From IMG/VR virus record IMGVR_UViG_3300051212_000924, positions 1 to 55,380 of that record: 55,380 nucleotides of DNA, one strand, 5' to 3'. Source of the stretch: a virus. Lineage: Duplodnaviria; Caudoviricetes. Positions 39,001 through 48,723 of this stretch are shown here, in pieces (the first letter of the stretch is position 1; the number at the start of each line of letters is the position of its first letter). Under the pieces are notes generated by a model that did no database searches, was not told where the DNA came from, and saw nothing but the letters and a program-made list of their open reading frames with translations. Position numbers and translations under genes: made by a program.

Positions 39001-41456
39001 CAAGACAGGTATTCATTATCTTGATGCGATTGATGTAAATGGTATTCACTGGTTAGCACAGATGGAAACTGATGTGGAAAAGTGGATTACATATAAAGAG
39101 TTCTGGTATCAAGACCCGCAACAACCATTAGACCTATGACGCATCCTACATCAGAATGGGAGTGGGAAGACACTGCCGAAGTCGCATTTCAGGAATGGTT
39201 CAACGGAGAGTATGGTAATTTTACATTCCGTTGTGAATGGTTCTTTGGCGATTGTGAAGTAGAAGATGTGAAGACCCGTAAGGATTTGATGACCAAGTGG
39301 TTGCATTCTGCCTTCTTGACAGGTTATAATACTGGGAGATGTTCTCCAAAACTTGACGATACTGGGTGTTATGACTAGAAAACTCTGGGATATTATACGG
39401 GATGACTTGGGGTATTCTATTGACTGCACCGATGAGATCGTAGATGCTGTTGAGAACTGGTTGCCGAAAGAACACGACACTAACTCTTACAAATGGAATG
39501 AGTGCCTGAAACTTATGCGGGAGAAACTGCGATGACTGAAGACATCCAAATGCCTAATGGAGACTTTCTAAAAAACTATCCAGAGGTGACCCGTGTTGAA
39601 GTAATCAATGGATCTGAAAGAGAACTTGTTCGTTATGAATGTTCTAATGTTCAGGTAAGTCTTCAGGATGACGGACAAACACTCAAAGTATTTCTTTTTA
39701 CGACTTATGACTGACTGGGACACACGATTTCAATCTCTTCCTGATATGGAGAAAGATAAGATTGCTCTGTTGCGTGTGATTGAATGTACCAATGGTATCA
39801 TTCAGTATCGGTTTCGTGATGGAGATAAAAATGCTCTGTCAGTAGAAGAAACTAGAAACGCAATGAAGTTCTCAATGGGATGTATGAAGACGATGAGTAT
39901 TCCGTTGGGTGAGAATGTGGTTACATTTGCTCCAGAAGCCGCAGAATTGTTTCAAGAAGTTCGTCGGTTGTATATCAGTGGAGCAAAGAATAATAATATG
40001 GAAGATTACGACGAGTTTATGAAAGCATCTGTGGCAAATCTAAATGCTGTGGGTAAAGAACGCATTCTATTGGCAAGACAAACTGCTTTTAATCATATTG
40101 ACGAATTGCCACCTCATACATTAGAATGGGGACTTGGATACATCTTCGGACTTATGGGATGGTAAATTATGATGTTTGACGAACCACTACTCAATTCATT
40201 ACAAGGAACGATGGCAACGATTGACCCGTATTCAGTTAAAAAAGAAGTTACGGAACATAATCTTCCAGTGCCCGATGATATGCCGTGGGTCAATCTCACC
40301 CAAGAAGAAGTAGAAGAACTCCGCAACAAAAAACACGAACTCACTGAATACGGCAAACAGAGGTTGAGAGAACTTAAAATGAAACAACTCGCACAAAAAT
40401 GTGTAGCAGCAGCACGAAATGTTGCCGAAGGTTCTCCTACTCTTGGAAAACTCATTAGTGAGGGTAGAGACCCTATGATTACTAAAACTTATTATGAATA
40501 TGCTGCTGTTCTTCGTGTGGTTATGAATGAACTTCAACAAAGCCCTGGTGTGATTATGTGCCCTGATGTGTTAGAATTGTGTGAGGAATTGGAGAAACTG
40601 TAAATGGATAAGGACCTAATCTTCTATACAAAAGGTAAAGAAACTTCCCGTATTCCCTCCCCAACTCTTGAAACTGCTACTCTTGGAACCAAAGCACCTG
40701 AAACTAAACTTGAAATAGAAAAAACAATGGACTGCGAACCATACCCGGATGAGATGTTTGAGGAAGCTGAGCGTCGTGAGAAACTGAATGCTGGTTTCAA
40801 ACAAGATGCTGATGGTAATTGGTATCGTCCCACACTACAAGAACTCACCAGAAATGAGCGTATTGAACTTGCCGAAAAAGAGATTGCTTACATTGTAATG
40901 GGTGGGCAAGATGGACGAGAGTATGCGAACTCTATTGCTTTTCTTCTTCAAGTATTGGATAGTTTGAGAGATGACTAAACTTGTAAAGTGGGAAGAAAAC
41001 CCAGACGAAATCGTGCTGGAAGAGGTGGAAATGTTTCACCTGGAAAGTATGAATGAACGCAGCCTATGGGTGGGCATTTACACACAAGACGGTAAAATCT
41101 ACCACTTGAATATTCACGCAGATGGTGATAGACTGAGATACTACTGGAGCGATGAAACCTGTGAACCTCCTACAGCGGTATAAAAACTGGACTCGTAAGC
41201 AGTACAACAAACACTACTTTGAGTATGACTTCAAACCTCATTTCAAGTGGAACCCATTTGATACTGATAACGACTGGGTGTATGATAATGAGAAGTGGAG
41301 AAACTTCATCTGGGGATGGCAGAGTGTAGGATATGCCTTTGAGGCGTGGTCTTATTGGATGAGAGATAGGAAGTATTCTTATAAACTTCCTCACGCAATG
41401 TGGGCGGAGTTGAATGATGGTTGGATGCATATGTATTCTTATTCTTGGGCGAAGAA

Positions 41457-41795
41457 ATGAACTTCCATAAACTTATTATAGGTAATAGGTTTCTTCGTTA
41501 TACACCATTCTGGTGGTGGTATCGTCTTATGAGTCATCAAGGTTTTCGCTTTGATGATTATCACGTTTGGGGAGAGTTTTGGCACTCTCTGAATGGTGGA
41601 TGGTTGGATATGAATTATCAGTGGGAGTTTGAGAAGTTCTGGGGTAAGGGTACAAAACCTGAACGCATTGTACTACCCGCAGAGGATTATGATGCCCTTG
41701 TAGAACGCTTGAATGAACCACCAGATCCTGTTATAGTGGAGAGGGTTAGAGAAATTATGAATCGTAAAGCACCTTGGGAGAATAACAATGACTGA
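41457..41795 (+). CDS. Hypothetical protein with DUF1778/TacA antitoxin-like C-terminus
   Basis: RIVLPAEDYDALVERLNEPPDP..VERVREIMNRKAPWE. Confidence 0.5.
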   Translation: MNFHKLIIGNRFLRYTPFWWWYRLMSHQGFRFDDYHVWGEFWHSLNGGWLDMNYQWEFEKFWGKGTKPERIVLPAEDYDALVERLNEPPDPVIVERVREIMNRKAPWENNND

Positions 41796-42905
41796 AGAAG
41801 ATAAATATGCACTCAAAGAGTTACTTCGTGGTTTCGGTGTATTTGCTGGTGCCTGCGGCGTTTTTATTATTATTCTGATTGTGCTTAGTTATTTTGCCTC
41901 TGGTGGTAAACCATTGGAACCATCATTTGAAGTGGTTGATCAATACAAAGGATGTGATGTGGTAAGATATGCTCCACATCAAGCAGCAGAATACAAATAC
42001 TTTTTGCACTGCCCAAATGACTGAAAAGGACAAGATATTCTACAATGTCTGGTGTTGTGCCTATCGTCGTAGATATGCTGCGAAACAAACACAAAACTGG
42101 GCATTGTATCAGCGTGAACATCAAACTTTGCTGATGTGTCTTAAAATAGCAAAGTGGTCAAAATTTGATACCGAAAAACGCCACTATTTAAAATGACTCA
42201 ATCCTTTAAACTACATTGTGAAAAACCTTATGATCGCCACGATTACAAGGTTGTTTTTGAAGATGGAAGAGAAGTTGTCTTTGATAACTACGAAGATGTT
42301 CAGCTCACTTGGTTTCAGCGTGGTGGGAACTTTTTGAGTCATATTGAAGTATTGGACAAGAAAAAAAGCAAGGGGTTCAAATGATGTTTAAGTTGTTATG
42401 CGAGGACCATCACTATGGATGGGTGGTGAATAGTCACTACGATTGGATGAATATGCTAATTAAGATGGAAAAGAAAAAACCACAACGATTTGAAGAGTTT
42501 CAATACTCAAGAGCAACTATCTATCACTACCTAGATAGAATACAACAGGAGCAAAATCTTTACGACTAATGAACTTTACCACCGAACAATATAAACTCAT
42601 CTACACTGCCGTGCGTCGTTATCAATATGATAAGACTGTGCTGAACAGTAAGGAGTATAATACCTGCAGTGAGATACTTGACGAACTGTTTGATTCCGTG
42701 TATACTCAACGTGTTGAACAACCTACCTGATGGACTACACCGAAGAATTTCCCTTTGACCAGTTTCCGTGGAAGTTGGTTTATAAAGATGGAAATGAAAC
42801 TCGCAAGTGCTATTTTCAATCTGAAGACCACCGTAAAAAGCACATTGAACGTTATCAACTAAAAAAGAAAGAAATCAAACTGAGTTACAAATTTGAAGAG
42901 TGAAT

Positions 42906-43931
42906 ATGACTAAACGAGTTCTTATTACTGGTGGTGCAGGATTTATCGCTCACCATATGATTGGACAAATTTTAAAAACGACAGACTGGGAAATTATCAC
43001 TCTTGATAGACTTGATTATAGTGGTAATCTAAATCGTCTTCATGATTTGATGCTTTCTTTTGATATTGAAACCCGCAAACGTGTAAAAGTTGTTCATCAC
43101 GACCTAAAAGCAGAACTAAACCCTCTTGTTCGTAGTGAAATTGACTCTGCTGATTATATTCTCCATCTTGCTGCTGGTTCTCACGTTGACCGCAGTATCG
43201 AGTATCCTATGGAGTTTGTTCTTGATAATGTAGTTGGAACTTGTAATATTCTAGAATTTGCTCGCAATCAAACCAATCTTGAAAGATTTATTTACTTTAG
43301 TACTGATGAAGTATTTGGACCTGCTCCAAACGGAATTAAGTATAAAGAAAATGATCGATATAATTCTACTAATCCCTATAGTGCAACCAAAGCAGGTGGT
43401 GAAGAACTTGCCGTAGCATATGAGAATACTTATGGTCTTCCCATTTATGTTACGCATACGATGAATGTGTTTGGAGAGCGTCAACATCCAGAAAAATACA
43501 TTCCAATGTGCATCAAGAGAATTCGTGATGGAGAAACTGTAACAATTCATAGCGATTCGACAAGAACTATTCCTGGGTCAAGACATTATATCCACGCTGA
43601 AGATGTTTCATCTGCTGTTCTTTTCTTGTTAAATTATGAGGGTAAGTTCGAACCTACTTGGGGTGGTGCTAAATGCCCTAAGTTTAACATTGTTGGTGCG
43701 GAAGAACTCAACAACTTGGAGTTGGCACAAATCATTGCCGAATCCCAAGGAAGAGAATTAAAATACGAACTTGTTGACTTTCACTCTTCACGTCCTGGCC
43801 ACGACTTGCGGTATGCACTTGATGGTGATAAAATGAAAGAATTGGGATGGGTTCCTGCAAAATCTGTGAGAGAACGTATCTCTGAAGTTACAAATTGGAC
43901 TCTTAAAAACGAACGTTGGATTACTCTATGA
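42906..43931 (+). CDS. rfbB: dTDP-glucose 4,6-dehydratase-like NAD-dependent SDR
   Basis: TGGAGFI, HLAAGSHVDRSI, STDEVFG, YSATK, RPGHDLRYA. Confidence 0.88.
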   Translation: MTKRVLITGGAGFIAHHMIGQILKTTDWEIITLDRLDYSGNLNRLHDLMLSFDIETRKRVKVVHHDLKAELNPLVRSEIDSADYILHLAAGSHVDRSIEYPMEFVLDNVVGTCNILEFARNQTNLERFIYFSTDEVFGPAPNGIKYKENDRYNSTNPYSATKAGGEELAVAYENTYGLPIYVTHTMNVFGERQHPEKYIPMCIKRIRDGETVTIHSDSTRTIPGSRHYIHAEDVSSAVLFLLNYEGKFEPTWGGAKCPKFNIVGAEELNNLELAQIIAESQGRELKYELVDFHSSRPGHDLRYALDGDKMKELGWVPAKSVRERISEVTNWTLKNERWITL

Positions 43932-44983
43932 CAACACGCACTTTTACTGACAAGAACGGAAATGAGTGGAGTTGGGAAGAAACTCCAGAAGTGATTCAAG
44001 CACTCAAAGAAGTTCATAAAGATTATACTGGACCCCTGTATGCCCCTCATCCTGACTTAAAGAATGGAAAAGAAACTAATTGATGATATCTTCTACGTTG
44101 AGCAAAAAAAGTATGGACTCTGGTATTCCACTGATAAGGATGGTAACGGACTTATCACGTCTCTCACTGAGCAGCAGTGTATCTCAGCGACACATTTTTA
44201 TCTTAAAGGACGGCAGGAAGGTTTCGCTGAATCCAGAACTTATGAAGGTCAAGTAGGTGGAAAACTCTGATTATCCATATCACGTTTTAGACCCCACAAC
44301 TCCTTGGTATGAGTGGTTGTGTTATTGTGAAATATGTCATCAGTTAGAAGTTCCAGGTCAACCAAACTGGAATCGTTTTATGAGGTATAGAAACTATTTA
44401 AAAGAGGTCGGTGTATTATGAGCGAACAGCATTGGTTTTATAAAAAATGGGGGCTTAAACCAGAAGTTCCTATTGATGAAGTATACGAAAGACTTGCTGC
44501 TCTTGAAGAAAAGTATAATGCTCTTCTTCTTGATGTAAAGCGTCTGGAAGAAGAAAATGTAGAAACAACAAATGAACTCTATCGTGTGGAAAATTCTTTG
44601 GATGCTCGTATAGATATTCTTGCCGAACGTTTTTGGACTGAACAAGATGTATGACTTAGACTGTTTTGAAAAAGCACTCGCACATTTTGGAACCCGAGTA
44701 GATATTATTGTTGCTCTTGAAATGGGTGATAAAATTGATGCCGATGAAGCATATAAAATGATCAAGGAAGAACTCAAACAACTTAAAAAGATTCGTAAGA
44801 AACACAAGGACACTGACTGCGATGACTGCTGATAGTCTTAAGATAACACAAAATGAAGATGGGTCTTTTTCAATGGATTGGAGTAAAGATGACCCTCAGT
44901 GGTCTTGGTTAAATAATCTTACGAGTGCTGAAATACAAATTATTGTAGAACAAGCAATAGCAGATTATCTTGCCGATAAATAA
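43928..44983 (+). other. Cluster of small hypothetical ORFs
   Basis: Includes 44064-44270, 44418-44654, about 44647-44832, and 44822-44983 (MTADSLKITQNEDGSFSMDW...QAIADYLADK). Confidence 0.65.
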
Positions 44984-45021
44984 TAATGCTTTTGTTTGTG
45001 GTTATTCAGAAGCAAAGAGTG

Positions 45022-45043
45022 GGAGCAGAAATGCTCCTTTTCT
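45022..45043 (+). terminator. Terminator-like hairpin upstream of homing endonuclease
   Basis: GGAGCA-GAAA-TGCTCC-TTTTCT. Confidence 0.6.
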
Positions 45044-45076
45044 TGTATAAATAGTATTACCACAAACAAAAAGCAG

Positions 45077-45664
45077 ATGGAATACTACACTTACGCATAC
45101 TTGCGTGAAGATGGTACACCTTACTATATTGGTAAGGGTAAAAACTATCGTGCTTATAATAATGGCGGAAAACCCTGTTGTCGTCCTCCAACAAAAGATA
45201 GAATAATCATTCTTAAAAATAATCTAACAGAAGAGGATGCTCATAGACACGAAATTTATATGATAAATGTTTTTGGTAGAAAAGATATTGGAACAGGTAT
45301 TTTAAGAAATAAAACTAATGGTGGAGAAGGAAAATCTGGTTGGGTTCCTTCACAAGAAACAAAAATTAAATTGAAAGAAGCAAATTTAGGTAGAAAACAT
45401 AGCAAGAAAACTTGTGAGAAAATGTCCAAAACTAGAATGGGACATCTTGTAAATAAAGAAACCAGAGAAAAAATATCTTCTTCCTTATCTAAAAATACTT
45501 ATTTGTTGAGGCACGTATCTGGTAAAGAACATATAATTGAAAATCTTTCCAAGTTTTGTAGGAAAAATAAATTACATCAAGGAAGAATGATGGACAGGAT
45601 AAACGGGAAAGTTAAAAAACCTTATAAGGGATGGACTGGACAGATCTTGAAAACTGTGATATGA
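45077..45664 (+). CDS. Free-standing GIY-YIG (Seg-like) homing endonuclease with NUMOD3-like repeats
   Basis: YYTYAY...PYYIGKG, LRNKTNGGEG, SQETKIKLKEANLGRKHSKKTCEKMS; TATAAATA at 45046-45053. Confidence 0.88.
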   Translation: MEYYTYAYLREDGTPYYIGKGKNYRAYNNGGKPCCRPPTKDRIIILKNNLTEEDAHRHEIYMINVFGRKDIGTGILRNKTNGGEGKSGWVPSQETKIKLKEANLGRKHSKKTCEKMSKTRMGHLVNKETREKISSSLSKNTYLLRHVSGKEHIIENLSKFCRKNKLHQGRMMDRINGKVKKPYKGWTGQILKTVI

Positions 45665-45692
45665 TAAAAACAAGCAATCAAAGACTATCTCA

Positions 45693-46466
45693 ATGACCTC
45701 TGATTACAAAAAGTATTCTCTTGAAAAACTTCAAGAGTGGGTTCACGATGCGATGAATAGTGATGCTTCACCGCATGAAATCTATTCTGCGATTCGTGAA
45801 GCAGTTCGTGAAGATTACTATTACCATAAAGATTGTATTAGTCGTGCTTCTGGACTTCTGGAATTGTTGAGTGGTCATCGTCCTGTAAAAAGTGATGACG
45901 CAGAAGAATGGGATGCGTGGGAAGAACATTATTATCCAGAAGAACATAAAGGTTCAACCGTGGATAATATTGATCTTAAAGAAGAGATAGACAAAATTCG
46001 TGAAGAAGGTGGATATGATTGGACTCCTTCAACTAAATCTGAAAAATCAGATCATTATTATGACTACACTAGGAATGATTTAACTAGAAATAATCCATTT
46101 GAAACTAAAAACGGTGTAACTCATTCTGAGTATACAAAAGCAAAGATTGAAACAAACTCTGCTTATAATGATGGTTGGACTCAAGAACACTATCAAAAGA
46201 TAGTTGATAAGTATGAAGGAAAGCAACCAAAAAAGTGGGTTCTTCCTGTTGAAGAAGTCAAAGATGAAGATACTGATGAAAATATTTACTGCGTATCATT
46301 CCCCGATGATTTGTTAGAAGCAGCAAATCTGAAAGAAGGTGATCAAGTAGAATGGGTGGATCAGGGTGATGGTTCTTATCTTATTAAGAAAGCACCAATG
46401 ACTTATGACGAAATGATTGCTGCTGGATGGACTATGACTGCTGATGGTTTCTGGATTAAAGAATGA
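45693..46466 (+). CDS. Mosaic protein with C-terminal AbrB/MazE-like domain
   Basis: VSFPDDLLEAANLKEGDQVEWVDQGDGSYLIKK swapped-hairpin pattern. Confidence 0.6.
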   Translation: MTSDYKKYSLEKLQEWVHDAMNSDASPHEIYSAIREAVREDYYYHKDCISRASGLLELLSGHRPVKSDDAEEWDAWEEHYYPEEHKGSTVDNIDLKEEIDKIREEGGYDWTPSTKSEKSDHYYDYTRNDLTRNNPFETKNGVTHSEYTKAKIETNSAYNDGWTQEHYQKIVDKYEGKQPKKWVLPVEEVKDEDTDENIYCVSFPDDLLEAANLKEGDQVEWVDQGDGSYLIKKAPMTYDEMIAAGWTMTADGFWIKE

Positions 46467-47584
46467 TGGCAGACCTCTGGTTATTGCAATTATCTGCGAT
46501 TGCTCCAGTCTTGGGTGGTTTGTGTGTTGATAACTTTATGAAAATGCAGGGAGAACTCTGTAATGTTAGACAACCACCTGATGTTGTGGTAAAATATGAT
46601 AAGCAAGACCCCAAAGATGCTTGTTATAAAGATGGCATCTATTATCCCCGTTGTAAAGATTTAGAGAACCCTGAAGTATGGCACTATCACAATCTGTTGA
46701 AGAATCGCTGAAAGAAGCAGAACAATCTTTGCGTAATGCACTAGCATACGCTGCCCGTCAAGAACGCCCGATGGTTTGTAGTGTAATTGCAGATCTTATT
46801 AGTCGTATTGAATCGATGCAAAGCACTGATGCAATTCTAGATAAACTGGAAAACCGTAAACCAGGTGACTCTGGTTTCTTTGGAACTATTTTTGGAAAAG
46901 ATGACTGAAGAAAACCCAATGGTAAGTTCGGAAGAACTACAAAAATCAAATAATCTTGGTAAAGCACTACAAGAATGGTGGGATTCTGATGCTTGTAAAG
47001 AACTGCAGAAAGATCTTGAGGAAGGAAAACAACGTGCTGTAGGAAAGTATTTTATGCTTTCCGAAGAAGACAAACTTGATATGGTTCAAGCAATCTGCCA
47101 TATTATGTGTAAAGCAGAATCAGAAGGTACTAGTCATCGTGGACTCCAAGATGCTCTAGGAATTTATCCTTCTGGTTTCTGGGTAGACCAACTTATGGAT
47201 GTTCATAATGCTCTCTGGTCCTATTATCACGACAAGAAAAGAGAAAAAGAACTTCAAGATGATCTTGATGCCCTAGATAACTTTATAAAGTAATGTAACT
47301 TGATCCCAAAGAAAATATTAAGTTTCTAGATATTATTATATTGTAATGCTAACATTGGGACACATCGCAAAAAATCTATGACTCTTGCAAAAACTGGCAC
47401 TGAAGTTCTTACAAAAGAAGAATGGGATGAACTTATTGCACTCAAAGACGCAATTAGTTACTCTCCACAGACAGTTTCTGCCGAAAAAATGGAAAAGTTT
47501 GCTGAACTTATGGTTCGTTCACTTGAAGGCAAATGTGATCCTCCTGCTCCTAAGAACTGGAGAGGTTCTGCTTTGAGTGAATAA
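46463..47584 (+). other. Hypothetical ORFs 46463-46711, 46678-46908, 46901-47293, 47378-47584
   Basis: Co-directional ORFs, mostly overlapping. Confidence 0.65.
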
Positions 47585-47614
47585 AAAATAAATATATCAT
47601 CACGCTACAAAACA

Positions 47615-47827
47615 ATGAACAACATCGACCAACACATTCAGAAGGATGTGGATATTTTGAATGACCCAACAATTTCTCCACAATCTAGAAGACACACTGA
47701 AGAAGAACTAGAAGCTTTAAAAGCATATAAGGAGCATCATCCTGGTGAAGATCACGACCCAACACCATTAGAACTTTATTGTGATGCTCATCCTGATGCC
47801 GCTGAATGCAAAATTTATGAAGATTGA
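47615..47827 (+). CDS. cp12: CP12 Calvin-cycle inhibitor
   Basis: C-terminal PTPLELYCDAHPDAAECKIYED; lacks the N-terminal Cys pair, as in phage and picocyanobacterial CP12; TAAATA at 47589. Confidence 0.92.
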   Translation: MNNIDQHIQKDVDILNDPTISPQSRRHTEEELEALKAYKEHHPGEDHDPTPLELYCDAHPDAAECKIYED

Positions 47828-47862
47828 AAAAATAAATAATTACAAGTTAATCAGTAATAAAA

Positions 47863-48000
47863 ATGTCTAGATTTACAGATCTTTTTCAAGAACCAGCTCC
47901 AGCCCCTGATCCAACTCCAGAACCAGAAAAAGTTGAAGAAGTCGTTGTAAAACCAGTTGTTGAGCATAAAGCATCCAAGAAAAAGTTTAAAATGAATTGA
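47863..48000 (+). CDS. Small Pro/Glu/Lys-rich protein (45 aa)
   Basis: MSRFTDLFQEPAPAPDPTPEPE... after TAAATA at 47833. Confidence 0.55.
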   Translation: MSRFTDLFQEPAPAPDPTPEPEKVEEVVVKPVVEHKASKKKFKMN

Positions 48001-48083
48001 GGACAGTTAGAAAACTGGCACAAGGGGTCTCCTGGTTCGCTGGGAGACCCATTATAATATGTGGGTAATCAACAAACGCTCCA

Positions 48084-48476
48084 ATGGCAACCCGTTCCCG
48101 CATCGGTCTTGAACTTGCTGACGGTTCTGTGCTCTCTGCCTACCACCACTGGGATGGTTATCCTGAATGGTTGGGTCGTATCCTGAAGACGCACTACAAT
48201 AGCAAAGAATCTGTTGCTGAACTGATTGATGGTGGTGATATGTCTTCCTGCTGGACTGATTCTCGTTTCGATGATAGTGCTGTGAAGGGAGTTTATGGTC
48301 CCGAATACTACTCTCAACGTGGTGAAGATTGCCCTCCTCGCCTTGATAAGAATCTGGGCGAGTATCTTCAGAACAGCGAAGAGTATTCGTATGTTTATAC
48401 TCAAGAAGAAGGTTGGTTGTGCTACAATTCTGACCTTGAAGGTGTAGAGATTCCCTCTGGGGCACTGGCGGTGTGA
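48084..48476 (+). CDS. Conserved phage hypothetical protein
   Basis: MATRSRIG...YHHWDGYPEWLG...EEYSYVY; follows the promoter cassette at 48000. Confidence 0.75.
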   Translation: MATRSRIGLELADGSVLSAYHHWDGYPEWLGRILKTHYNSKESVAELIDGGDMSSCWTDSRFDDSAVKGVYGPEYYSQRGEDCPPRLDKNLGEYLQNSEEYSYVYTQEEGWLCYNSDLEGVEIPSGALAV

Positions 48477-48539
48477 AAATATGAATTTGTATAGATACCT
48501 TTGGTATCGTTGAACTGGAAGGTATAAGGATTTCTTAAG

Positions 48540-48571
48540 ACCCGCCCACAAGGCGGGTTTTCTGCTATAAT
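48540..48571 (+). terminator. Terminator hairpin fused to extended -10 promoter
   Basis: ACCCGCC-CACAA-GGCGGGT-TTTC then TGCTATAAT. Confidence 0.65.
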
Positions 48572-48723
48572 ATCGAGGTAGTTGAAGGATCACCATGGAC
48601 CTGTCTGAACTGATTGACGAACTGCGGGAAATTGCAATGTATGAGTCTGATCCCCAAGATTGGATGGGTTATCTTGAATCTGATGATTCTATTGATGTTA
48701 CCTCTGAATTTGTTTATTGAGTC

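Larger units (their letters stand above)
33210..42900 (+). other. Array of about 40 small, mostly translationally coupled hypothetical ORFs
   Basis: Contiguous + strand ORFs with start/stop overlaps, e.g. 33210-33353, 33350-33598, 33595-33843, 33867-34037, 34034-34267, 34864-35187, 36094-36297, 36299-36484, 36718-37095, 37345-37545, 37715-37975, 38054-38251, 38805-38957, 39136-39378, 39707-40165, 40169-40603, 40604-40978, 41788-42024, 42193-42384. Confidence 0.75.

Noticed and set aside
44996-45076. N-terminal extension of the GIY-YIG ORF (likewise track starts 18109, 36658, 50828, 52660, 53758)
   Set aside because: These extensions run through promoters, hairpins or upstream genes; downstream ATGs fit better.
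45638-45666. Possible twelfth promoter cassette (GGACAGATCTTGAAAACTGTGA)
   Set aside because: Arm spacing is wrong and there is no TATAAT 30 bp downstream.
47294-47345. Possible NtcA or Pho box before ORF 47378
   Set aside because: GTA-N8 is followed by CCA rather than TAC, and there is no convincing direct repeat.
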